Origin: Spirochaetota bacterium
GTDB lineage: Bacteria; Spirochaetota; UBA4802; UBA5550
Reading direction: 5' to 3'
Assembly: GCA_963664815.2 (NCBI GenBank)
Contig: CAXXHB010000003.1
Span: 3,392,001 to 3,456,000 of the forward strand
Length of the DNA stretch: 64,000 nt
The notes under the pieces were generated by a model. The model was not told where the DNA came from and did no database searches. It saw only the letters and a list, made by a program, of their open reading frames with translations. Positions within the stretch are counted from its first letter, which is position 1. Every line of letters begins with the position of its first letter. The translations under genes were made by a program, and so were the position numbers. This document shows, piece by piece, positions 48,292 through 57,547 of this stretch.

Positions 48292-50552
48292 AAAGATTAC
48301 TCCTTATATTCATAATTCTGCTGTCAGGCACCAGCCTGTATGCCTATTCTGTTTCAGGAAGGATATTTGACAGTTCAACAGGGTACGCCATAAGCGGCGT
48401 ATCCGTTGCAGTTGAAGAATTGAAAGCAACTGCAGTTACATCATCAGACGGATCTTTTCTATTTGAAAATATCCCCGCAGGATTTTATATTATTCACACC
48501 GCACACCCACTTTACTGCAAAACCGCAACAAATATCCGCGTAAAAAGAAATTTTACGCTGGAAATTACTCTTAAAAAGGAAGTACACAGTTTAGATCCTG
48601 TCATCAGCTCCTATAATAAAAATGACTCAGGCCGTCCCGGCAATCAATCTATATCATCGGATGATATAAAATATATGCCCATGAGCGGTGCCGGTGATGC
48701 CCTGCATCTGCTGCAGACATTGCCCGGCGTAGGGAGCTCTTTTTCATTAGGTAGTGTCCCGATTATCAGAGGGATGAATCCGATATACGACAAGACATAT
48801 ATCGATGATATACCTGTCGATTACCCTTATCACTATATCACTCCCATTATTCCCCTGTTATCATCAATCAGCGGAACAATAATTGACAATGTGCAAATCA
48901 TCAAAGGCCCATACCCTATGACTTATGATGACAGCATAGGGAGCATAATACAGGTAAAAACAAAAGAGGTTGAAAAGCCCGGAGTCCATGGGTCGATTAT
49001 ACTCGATCCTTTAATTCCGCTCTTCCCCACAATATACTGTGAAGCGGCACCCATTGCCGATTTCTCACTTATGTTCGCCGGAAGGAGAACATATCTGGAC
49101 TGGGGGGCTGATGCTCTTGAGGTAGACACTGATAATGAATATTATTTCCAGGATTATTATCTTAAACTTAAATACAATCTTTCTTCAAAACACAGATTTT
49201 ACTTCACAACTCTTGGCTCCGATGACTATCTATATATTAAAGATAATATTGACTCAAGGGCACAATATCACACGGAGTCGCTTAAATGGCAATACCTGAT
49301 AAACAGAAAACTTTTTCTTGAAACGTCTTTTATGCGCAACCGGATTGATCATTATATAAAAGACACAAGTACAGATTCAGCGGGAACACCTCTCAGCATA
49401 ACATACTCACCCCTTATGTACAGGTTAATGCAGACCCTGACATCCGATTTCTCTGTTTTCGACGTAAAGACCGGTTATGAATTTATTCTTCATAAAGACG
49501 GAGTTTCAGGAAACGTCGATATCTCCGATCTTGTAGACTATGATATCTCAAACATCAAGGGTGGAACAATAGCTGCATCCTTTCCAATTGAAGGTAAAAC
49601 CATATCTGTTTTCAACGAAACCGGACTTGATCTTTATCCTGTCAAGCTTAATGCCGGCGCGAGATATAAACACTATGGGCCTCTGTCAACCGACTCCATT
49701 TCATACAGAGGGATTGCGTCATATTATGTTAAAAATCAGAATCTGAAAGTATATGGAGGAGGCGGTTCATATCATGCTCAGCCCGACATGTATTATTACC
49801 TTGGCAACGATACCCTGGCAATGAAAGAGAGCAAAGCTTACAACGGAGTAGCCGGCTTTGAGAAAAATATAACACGGGAAATTTCAGGCCAGATTGAAAC
49901 ATACTACGCAAAGTACCGGGATCTTTTTTCATCTGATTTTGGAAATGTTGCCAGCACACAACTGCAGAGACTTGCCCAGATCAATCCATATTCCAAGGAT
50001 GTTAAAGGTTCTTCAATGGGTATCGAGTGTTTCATAAAAGGAAAAATCGGACCTGTTTACGGCTGGACCAGTTATTCACTTTCAAGAACACGGATGAGTG
50101 ATGGTGAAGATGAGTATTACTCGGATTATGACCAGACACATATTTTCAGGATAGCAGCCCTGACGCATCAGGGGAGATGGACTCCATCTGTTATATGGCA
50201 CTATGCAACTTCAATGCCATACACTCCTATTACAGGATCAACATCTGACGGATCAGGAGGGTACACTCCTGTTTACGGAGATTACAACTCCAAAAGATAC
50301 TCCCCATATCACAGACTTGACGGCAAGCTGACCTATACCGGAGACGTTGTCCGTTTCTATATTGAAATATGGAATATCTATTACATAAAAGGTTATATCC
50401 ATAATGATAATGAAGCTGATGAAGTTGTTAAAAACGAATCATACCTTTTCCCTGTCTTTGACAGCAATAAGCCGTACAGCAGCAGCAACCCGAAAAATCA
50501 GTCCGATATTCCGGGGGTATTTTTCTGGATGGGGTTAGAAATATGTTTCTGA
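48288..50552 (+). CDS. TonB-dependent receptor with N-terminal carboxypeptidase-regulatory-like domain
   Basis: VSGRIFD..GSF; plug LQTLPGV, IIRG, IKGPYP; YDQTH, YHRLD; C-terminal Phe. Confidence 0.9.
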   Translation: MKRLLLIFIILLSGTSLYAYSVSGRIFDSSTGYAISGVSVAVEELKATAVTSSDGSFLFENIPAGFYIIHTAHPLYCKTATNIRVKRNFTLEITLKKEVHSLDPVISSYNKNDSGRPGNQSISSDDIKYMPMSGAGDALHLLQTLPGVGSSFSLGSVPIIRGMNPIYDKTYIDDIPVDYPYHYITPIIPLLSSISGTIIDNVQIIKGPYPMTYDDSIGSIIQVKTKEVEKPGVHGSIILDPLIPLFPTIYCEAAPIADFSLMFAGRRTYLDWGADALEVDTDNEYYFQDYYLKLKYNLSSKHRFYFTTLGSDDYLYIKDNIDSRAQYHTESLKWQYLINRKLFLETSFMRNRIDHYIKDTSTDSAGTPLSITYSPLMYRLMQTLTSDFSVFDVKTGYEFILHKDGVSGNVDISDLVDYDISNIKGGTIAASFPIEGKTISVFNETGLDLYPVKLNAGARYKHYGPLSTDSISYRGIASYYVKNQNLKVYGGGGSYHAQPDMYYYLGNDTLAMKESKAYNGVAGFEKNITREISGQIETYYAKYRDLFSSDFGNVASTQLQRLAQINPYSKDVKGSSMGIECFIKGKIGPVYGWTSYSLSRTRMSDGEDEYYSDYDQTHIFRIAALTHQGRWTPSVIWHYATSMPYTPITGSTSDGSGGYTPVYGDYNSKRYSPYHRLDGKLTYTGDVVRFYIEIWNIYYIKGYIHNDNEADEVVKNESYLFPVFDSNKPYSSSNPKNQSDIPGVFFWMGLEICF

Positions 50553-52456
50553 GAATAACAGCTGCAATAATGCTGCTTCTTGTACCGTTTTATGCGGAGG
50601 CGGTTCTATATCCATCTGACCACTATCAGCAGAAAGACGCCGAAACCGATATTATAATACTGAAATCAGTTATTTCAAGAAACCCCGGTGATTTAAAAAC
50701 ACTGAAACGCCTCATTGATCTTACCTTTACACTTGAATATTTTGACCAGACTGAAAAATACTGCGGCCAGTATCTTTCCATCTCTGACAGCAGCGAAACC
50801 GCTTATCTGAAAATAATTGCAGCAGCTTCCCTTGGCAGGTTTAAAGAAGCCGCAGACCAGATCGAACCATTCATCAGTAAATATAAGGGAGAACTCAGTA
50901 AAAGAGACATCACACTCTTAAAATACAGGGAAAATATCTATAGAAAATCAACTATTACGTCAGGTTATCCATCTGGTGCAGCAAAAGCATCATGGGGCAA
51001 CAACATAGTTATTAAAACCATGATACCGCGCGATCACATTATGATCGGATATGATTATAATGAGCACATACAGAAGATTTATAAAATAAGCGGAAATTCA
51101 GCTGAACAAATCAGCAACTACCCGGTTTACCTTTCAGGTCTGCCGGAAGATTCGATAAACTCCGCTGCATTATCGGATGACGGGAGAGAGGTTCTCGTCA
51201 GTTTAAATTCAGGCGATTCATCATCAATATATACAAGAAGTTACCTGGCAGATAAAAAAAGCTGGTCATCATGGGAGAAACCCCGAAAACTAAATCCGGG
51301 CAGATGGAATCATTATCCGAATTATGTTAACAGAAATACTGTTATATTCTCATCGTCTGACGGAACTGATTATGATATATACATTTCACAAAAAGATAAT
51401 GATGGAGAATGGAGTGTTGCTCAAAAACTTGCCGGGATAAACACACCGCTTGACGAAATCTCTGTATCAGTCCACCCCGACGGGGAGACAATTTATTTCT
51501 CATCAAACGGTTATGCAGGGATGGGTGGATTTGATATATACGGAGCCCGTCTGAAACGCAATGGTAATTCATTCGAGGTTTCAGACATTACAAATGTTGT
51601 TTCAGTTAACACATTCCGCAATGAAAAATATCCTCTCTATGCTACCATTGCAGGAGATGCCGTTTATTATAATTTTACAGCCGGTAAAAATCATAACGTC
51701 TACGCATGTTTTAAAAATCCGGTTAAGCCAGTGCCGGTTTTTTATTATAACGCCGATATAACTGAAGATACTACCGGAAAGCCTGTCGGTAAAGCCACTG
51801 CCGAATATAAATCTTCAGACGTATACTTATCCGAAAGAAGGTCTGTAAACTCTGATGGTTTTACCGGCACAGCGCTTAGAAAAAATACCAGGTATTCGCT
51901 TACATTATCTGCAGAGGGATTTGAACCATTTACCAAAACAGTTTTATACACAGGGAAAGATGAGGCAGTCAATGAGAAGATAGTATTAAGAAAAAAGGTT
52001 ATAAAATCTGCTGCAGAATTTACAACCCTTATTACTCCAATAAAATTAATCAACTGTGATGAATCATATTCAAAACCACTTCACGAAATACTCGAAAAAA
52101 ATATCGGGCTTCAGGGTGACAGCACAGGCCGCAATAAAAACATTCTTTCCTATACAACCTGCGGTGATTCTGACTGCGCTTTATCTGATGGGAAAACAGT
52201 AAAAGCAGATTTTGTTGTTTTCGGAACTCTCTCAAGAGCAAAACAATCGGGAAAGAAAGCGCTTGGCAACACAGGGGAAGACCAGTATCTGGTTAAACGT
52301 GTGAAAGGAACAGTTTATACTCTTGAACTGAAACTTCTTGAAACAGCTACAGGTAAAGTAACAGCCTCTCACAGGAAGGTTACTGGTAATCCGGATACTT
52401 TAAAAAATATAGTTAATGACTTTATTATTAAAACAGAGAATGTTTATAAGAACTGA
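50543..52456 (+). CDS. Exported TPR + PD40 beta-propeller protein with C-terminal CsgG/TolB-N-like domain
   Basis: INTPLDE..HPDGETIYFSSNG..GMGGFDIY PD40 repeats; C..C..GKTVKADFVVFGTL. Confidence 0.72.
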   Translation: MFLRITAAIMLLLVPFYAEAVLYPSDHYQQKDAETDIIILKSVISRNPGDLKTLKRLIDLTFTLEYFDQTEKYCGQYLSISDSSETAYLKIIAAASLGRFKEAADQIEPFISKYKGELSKRDITLLKYRENIYRKSTITSGYPSGAAKASWGNNIVIKTMIPRDHIMIGYDYNEHIQKIYKISGNSAEQISNYPVYLSGLPEDSINSAALSDDGREVLVSLNSGDSSSIYTRSYLADKKSWSSWEKPRKLNPGRWNHYPNYVNRNTVIFSSSDGTDYDIYISQKDNDGEWSVAQKLAGINTPLDEISVSVHPDGETIYFSSNGYAGMGGFDIYGARLKRNGNSFEVSDITNVVSVNTFRNEKYPLYATIAGDAVYYNFTAGKNHNVYACFKNPVKPVPVFYYNADITEDTTGKPVGKATAEYKSSDVYLSERRSVNSDGFTGTALRKNTRYSLTLSAEGFEPFTKTVLYTGKDEAVNEKIVLRKKVIKSAAEFTTLITPIKLINCDESYSKPLHEILEKNIGLQGDSTGRNKNILSYTTCGDSDCALSDGKTVKADFVVFGTLSRAKQSGKKALGNTGEDQYLVKRVKGTVYTLELKLLETATGKVTASHRKVTGNPDTLKNIVNDFIIKTENVYKN

Positions 52457-53523
52457 AACACGAGTTGCTGCTCTGCCGAATCCTTCACTTCATTGTTGAA
52501 ATTGGACAGAGCAATTCCCAGAAGCCTGATCTTCCTGGTACCGGCCTCAGTATATCTGATGAGCCTTTGTACCTCTTCCATTATGACATCAGCCGAATCA
52601 ACAGGGGCATCAACTGTTATACTTCTTGTAGAAAGCTGAAAATCAAAATATTTTATTTTCAGAGTTATTGTTCTGCCCCTCAGCTTTTTTCTTTTAAAAA
52701 CCGACTCAAGTTCTTCAGCAATATCTCTTAAAACGGAATGTATAAGATCAATATCAAGGATATCCTCATTGAGGGTGATTTCTCTCCCGTAAGATTTTCT
52801 CTCACGATATGGAGATACAGGCCTGTTGTCTATCCCCCGCACTATATCGTAATAAAATCCTCCGGCTTTACCAAAGTGTTTAGTAAGCTTTTCAAGAGGT
52901 GTATTCTTCAGATCAAGTCCATTGTTTATCCCAAGCGCAATCATTCTCTTTTCACTGACCTTCCCCACTCCGAAAAACTTTCCGATCGGGAGAGTTTCAA
53001 GAAATCTCTCAGCTTCTCCGGGTTTAATCACCGCTATACCGTCAGGTTTATTAATTTCGGAGGCTGTCTTGGCCAGGAATTTATTATAAGAAACACCGGC
53101 GGAAGCTGTAAGACCGGTCTCTGAAAATATTTTGCGGCGAATCTCCTCTGCAATGATCGTTGCCGAAGCCATATTCTTTTTATTCTCAGTAACATCCAGA
53201 AATGCTTCGTCGAGAGAAAGAGGCTCAATAAGATCTGTATACTCAGCGCAGATATTCATAAACTGCCGCGAAGCCTTCTTGTATGCATCAAATCTGGGAT
53301 AGACAAAAAAAGCATGCGGGCAAAGCTTTATAGCAGTTTTTGAGGGCATTGCTGACCTGACTCCATACCTCCTGGCCTCATAGGAACATGTTGACACTAC
53401 ACCCCTCCTGTCCGGATCTCCTCCGACAATGACAGGTTTACCACGCAAAGACGGATTGTCTCTCTGCTCAATGGCTGCAAAAAATGCATCCATATCTAGA
53501 TGTATAATTTTACTGCATGACAT
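52444..53523 (-). CDS. dinB: DNA polymerase IV
   Basis: HLDMDAFFA, SYEARRYGVRSAM, SLDEAFLD, NKFLAK, C-terminal QLVF clamp motif. Confidence 0.96.
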   Translation of the reverse strand: MSCSKIIHLDMDAFFAAIEQRDNPSLRGKPVIVGGDPDRRGVVSTCSYEARRYGVRSAMPSKTAIKLCPHAFFVYPRFDAYKKASRQFMNICAEYTDLIEPLSLDEAFLDVTENKKNMASATIIAEEIRRKIFSETGLTASAGVSYNKFLAKTASEINKPDGIAVIKPGEAERFLETLPIGKFFGVGKVSEKRMIALGINNGLDLKNTPLEKLTKHFGKAGGFYYDIVRGIDNRPVSPYRERKSYGREITLNEDILDIDLIHSVLRDIAEELESVFKRKKLRGRTITLKIKYFDFQLSTRSITVDAPVDSADVIMEEVQRLIRYTEAGTRKIRLLGIALSNFNNEVKDSAEQQLVFQFL

Positions 53524-53524
53524 A

Positions 53525-53965
53525 TCAGTTTAAAAAATATTTTTTAAATCCCCGGACTACATCCGGTTTATATCCCATTGATTCATAAAATTTATGCGCA
53601 TCTGTTCTTTTTGATCCTGAAACAAAAAGATTATAGTAGCAGTTCCTGCTTATACAGACACTCTCAATCTCAAGCATCAGCTTTTTTCCAATACCCTGCC
53701 TGCGGCAGTTTTCTGAAACAACTACATTTTCAATAACCATGAAAGGACGGCAGTCATCAACAAGATCCATACACACTATTCCCATGAGAGAACCGACAAG
53801 TTTTCCATTGAGCATGGCTCCCAGAATTATATAATCTTCATTCTTCTCCATAAGCAGAAAGTTTTCTTCCATCTTTTTTACAGACTGTTCATTGCCTGAC
53901 AGCTCTTTAAACAACTCAGCAAGCTCAGATAAATTGTGTCGTGATATTTTGTCTATCTTCAGCAT
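53525..53965 (-). CDS. GNAT N-acetyltransferase
   Basis: VVVSENCRRQGIGKKL, AHKFYESMGY. Confidence 0.9.
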   Translation of the reverse strand: MLKIDKISRHNLSELAELFKELSGNEQSVKKMEENFLLMEKNEDYIILGAMLNGKLVGSLMGIVCMDLVDDCRPFMVIENVVVSENCRRQGIGKKLMLEIESVCISRNCYYNLFVSGSKRTDAHKFYESMGYKPDVVRGFKKYFLN

Positions 53966-53982
53966 TTTCTAATTTTCAGTAT

Positions 53983-54435
53983 TTAATATCTCGGCTTGTC
54001 TTTAATATCATTATAATATTGCTCAATGCCGATTTCACGCATCCTGTCCTGTATTGAAATCCATCGCTTTTTTAAATTTTCATCAAAACCGGTATTATCA
54101 CATGGGAAAAAACCGCACTGAAAACAATAATCAACATTTTTATCAATAGAGCATCCCTTAACTTTACATCCTGTAAAAAGTTTACATCCGTCAAGCCTGC
54201 ATCCCCTGCACTCAGCTTCCGTAAAAATGTTTAATAAAATTTTAAAATCCTTATACCCGGAAAATCCAGGTTCATGCAGCAGTTCTACAAACCTTCCGGC
54301 ATACTGATCAAAATTTCCCAGTGCTTTTTTCAATTCAACGCTTGACTTCTTTATCGGCCCGTCTGCAAAAGCGAAACATTTTTCACATAAAAGACCACAA
54401 GGGCCAAGTTTAATTCTGATATCATCTTCATTCAT
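53983..54435 (-). CDS. DUF3795-like Cys-rich protein
   Basis: PCGLLCEKC, CRGCR, CFQC..FPC. Confidence 0.8.
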   Translation of the reverse strand: MNEDDIRIKLGPCGLLCEKCFAFADGPIKKSSVELKKALGNFDQYAGRFVELLHEPGFSGYKDFKILLNIFTEAECRGCRLDGCKLFTGCKVKGCSIDKNVDYCFQCGFFPCDNTGFDENLKKRWISIQDRMREIGIEQYYNDIKDKPRY

Positions 54436-54557
54436 AATTTATCAGCCGGTATAAACATAAATAATTTCATAAAATATATAATAATTGCAATCCTGCATCA
54501 AATATTGCAGAATATAGATCATATGTCAACAAATGTTTAGCTGTTTTATAAGTTTTT

Positions 54558-55748
54558 TTACTGCTGCTTATTTTTTGATTCAAGCACATCCCGCAGGATG
54601 TTTAATCCTGCATCTATCTCCTCAATGGTTATTACCAAAGGGGGCAGCAATCTCAGTGTCTGCACACCCGCTGTTGATATGCATAGACCGTTTTTCAGGC
54701 ATTCCAGCTGTACATCTGCAGATTTTCCGGTAATATCAATGCCAATCATAAGTCCTCTTCCACGAACATCTTTCACTGACTGACACTTCCATCCGTTGAC
54801 TGCAGAGCGTATATGATCGCCGCTGGCCGCCACACTTTCAAGGAAACCGGGTTTAGCAAGCTCATCAAGAACAACAAGACCGCCTGCGCATGCGAGAGGA
54901 TTTCCTCCGAAGGTTGACTGATGATCTCCCGCGACAAGTATATCTGCAGCAGCACCTCGGGCCAGGCAGGCACCCATCGGCACTCCCCCTGCGATTCCTT
55001 TCGCGAGGGTTATAACATCCGGATTAATATCAAAATACTCACTTGCAAGAAATAGTCCGGTACGCCCTATTCCGGTCTGCACTTCATCGGCAATTACAAT
55101 AGCACCTGCTCTCCTTGCAGCAGCACATGCCGTGCGAGCCCATTCACTGTTAATAAGGTTAACTCCCCCCTCTCCCTGAACGCATTCAATTAATAAGGCA
55201 CAGGTAGTTTCATCAAAGGCACTTTCCAATGCTTTATAATCATCCGCGGGTATATGACGAAATCCTGTAGTGTATGGCGCAAAACATGGATTATGAAACT
55301 TATCCTGTCCTGTGGCAGACAGCGTTGTTATTGTTCTTCCATGAAATGATTTTTCCAGTGTAACAATAACATGCCGTGTTCCGGCCTTTTTCCCTGCAGA
55401 GGCGTCTGAAGCGGCCCCCATCTTTCTGGCAATTTTAAAGGCGCATTCATTAGCCTCAGCTCCCGAGTTCCCGAAGAAAACCTTATCCATGTTAGTCCTT
55501 GCAAGAAGAGCCTCAGAAAAAGCAAGGCCTGTATCTGAATTATAGTAATTTGAAATATGGATCTGTTTTACAGCCTGTTCTGCAATTGCCTTTACAAGAG
55601 ATTGATGATTGTGCCCCAGAGAGTTAACCCCGATACCGCTTACAAAGTCGATATATTTTTTCCCGTTAACATCGGAGAGAATACTCCCGCTTCCCGAGAC
55701 AAACACAACCGGCAGACTTCCGAGATTATTTATTATCTTTCCTGACAT
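54558..55748 (-). CDS. argD: Acetylornithine aminotransferase
   Basis: NSGAEANE, FHGRT, QGEGG, DEVQTG, TLAKG, TFGGNP. Confidence 0.9.
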   Translation of the reverse strand: MSGKIINNLGSLPVVFVSGSGSILSDVNGKKYIDFVSGIGVNSLGHNHQSLVKAIAEQAVKQIHISNYYNSDTGLAFSEALLARTNMDKVFFGNSGAEANECAFKIARKMGAASDASAGKKAGTRHVIVTLEKSFHGRTITTLSATGQDKFHNPCFAPYTTGFRHIPADDYKALESAFDETTCALLIECVQGEGGVNLINSEWARTACAAARRAGAIVIADEVQTGIGRTGLFLASEYFDINPDVITLAKGIAGGVPMGACLARGAAADILVAGDHQSTFGGNPLACAGGLVVLDELAKPGFLESVAASGDHIRSAVNGWKCQSVKDVRGRGLMIGIDITGKSADVQLECLKNGLCISTAGVQTLRLLPPLVITIEEIDAGLNILRDVLESKNKQQ

Positions 55749-55816
55749 TTTATTCTCCTTAATCCCGGGATATCACCGGAAAATTCAAATTCACTTTACT
55801 TAAAAAACAATTATAT

Positions 55817-56533
55817 CTACTTTGTAGTGTGCATGGCATTCAGTGTTTCATTCAGATTATTGTATCTGGCACTAAGCCTTTTCCTTTTTTCAAATGTTTC
55901 CGGTGAATATTTACAGGGAGATGGAAGAAGGGTGATAAGCCGTATCACCTGATCTTCTGATATTTTGTAAAGAGGGAGGCCATAGTAATAATATGATGCA
56001 CTCTGTATCCCGTATACTCCCCGGCCCCATTCAGCGTAGTTGAAATATAACTCCAGTATCCTCTTTTTCGGCATAATGGCATCAATTGTAATGGCTGCAA
56101 TTGTCTCAAGGTATTTTCTTATATACAGCTTGTCAGGAAAAAGAAAAAGAGTTCTGGTAAGCTGCTGTGTTATTGTACTGGCTCCGGAAATTTTTTTGCC
56201 ATACCTGAAGTTCACCTGTATAGCGCTCACTATAGCCCCTGTATCAATTCCGTAGTGCCTGTAAAAATTCGGATCTTCCGTATATACGACCAATCTCTGA
56301 TACTTTCCTGAAATAGATTTGATAGGTATTGTATGATGTTTTTTTGAACTATAACCATTGAATACAAACCTGTATGCCTGTAATGTTGTATATGGGGGAT
56401 CAAAGAATATATAAAGAAATGCCATTAAAGCTATTATTAATATAAACACTATATGAAAAATTAATATATATCTGCCCCCCCTTCTCAAGAAGGATTTATA
56501 ATCAAAACTCCTTAGTTTGCGGAACAGCCCCAT
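55817..56533 (-). CDS. mtgA: Monofunctional peptidoglycan transglycosylase
   Basis: EDPNFYRHYG, GASTITQQL, KKRILELYFN, GVYG. Confidence 0.85.
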   Translation of the reverse strand: MGLFRKLRSFDYKSFLRRGGRYILIFHIVFILIIALMAFLYIFFDPPYTTLQAYRFVFNGYSSKKHHTIPIKSISGKYQRLVVYTEDPNFYRHYGIDTGAIVSAIQVNFRYGKKISGASTITQQLTRTLFLFPDKLYIRKYLETIAAITIDAIMPKKRILELYFNYAEWGRGVYGIQSASYYYYGLPLYKISEDQVIRLITLLPSPCKYSPETFEKRKRLSARYNNLNETLNAMHTTK

Positions 56534-56630
56534 AATTAACGGTTTTTGATACTTACTGATAATTTGTCAATAACAATAGCGTAATTTAACATAGCCCTTC
56601 AAATATGATAATCAATATGATAGTTATTCT

Positions 56631-56834
56631 TTAAAAAAGGACATACCCCATTTTATCTTCCTCAAGCGCTTTATCAATATCCAGAAGTTTCTGATATAAA
56701 TCTTTAATCAGCGGAAGAGATGCATTGACAGCTTCTTTTGTAAGCGGTTCCGAGCAGTCTTTCAAACAGTTCAGATCATATTCCATCTCTTCCAGACGTT
56801 TTACAAGATCATTTATCAGTTCAAAATTTGTCAT
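56631..56834 (-). CDS. Small helical hypothetical protein
   Basis: Fills an intergenic gap in the orientation of its neighbours; amphipathic helices. Confidence 0.55.
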   Translation of the reverse strand: MTNFELINDLVKRLEEMEYDLNCLKDCSEPLTKEAVNASLPLIKDLYQKLLDIDKALEEDKMGYVLF

Positions 56835-56927
56835 AAGCAATTACCAGTTATTATCAGTTTTTAATTTTAAAGATCAGCCTGTTTATTTGTAATATGTCCG
56901 GAAGTCAGGAGAGATAAAAAAAGAAGC

Positions 56928-56961
56928 AGGGTCAGAGTATTTTAAAAAAAGCTCTGACCCT
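56928..56961 (-). terminator. Terminator after iorB
   Basis: agggtcagag...ctctgaccct stem with upstream A-run. Confidence 0.6.
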
Positions 56962-56967
56962 TCTATA

Positions 56968-57540
56968 TTACTTAATAAGTTCCCTGCCAAGATGAAAAGC
57001 TTTAAGATTCTGTTCAATGAACTTCTCTTTGACAAGTGATTTTATCACATCCTCCCAGTCATTTACCTCAAACTCAAGATACTTTGAAAGACATCCAACC
57101 ATAACAATATTCAATGCCTTTTTTGTTCCGGCCTCCCTGAGAGCTTCAGCTGTATCAACCATCACAGTTGAAGAAAAATTATTCTTAAGCCATGACTCCA
57201 AATCCGCAGGATACTGCATGGCGCCGATCTCAACAGGTGCGGGATTTATCTGTTCCCTGTTAACAATAAGAACTGCGTCTTTATTAAGATATTCAAGTTT
57301 CCTCATAGACTCAAGCAGTTCCAGGCATATTATATAATCCGCCCCCCCTTTAGGAATTAGCGGAGAGAAGACCTCTTTGCCAAAACGGACATGGCAATCG
57401 ACGCTCCCCCCTCTCTGGGCCATACCATGAACTTCAGACTCCTTAACATCATAGCCATTTTTTCTGGCTACATCCATAAGCACTTTACTCGCAAGAATTA
57501 CTCCCTGCCCGCCTACGCCTGCAAATATAACATTTTTCAT
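56968..57540 (-). CDS. iorB: Indolepyruvate:ferredoxin oxidoreductase beta subunit
   Basis: GVGGQG, SEVHGMAQRGGSV. Confidence 0.92.
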   Translation of the reverse strand: MKNVIFAGVGGQGVILASKVLMDVARKNGYDVKESEVHGMAQRGGSVDCHVRFGKEVFSPLIPKGGADYIICLELLESMRKLEYLNKDAVLIVNREQINPAPVEIGAMQYPADLESWLKNNFSSTVMVDTAEALREAGTKKALNIVMVGCLSKYLEFEVNDWEDVIKSLVKEKFIEQNLKAFHLGRELIK

Positions 57541-57547
57541 AATATCC

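Noticed and set aside
52444-52456. 13-bp overlap of convergent stop regions (PD40 protein and dinB)
   Set aside because: Short tail-to-tail overlaps are common, and both proteins look complete
54436-54557. SOS box upstream of the DUF3795-GNAT-dinB operon
   Set aside because: Only a TTGACA-like -35 was seen; no palindrome I could match to a known LexA box
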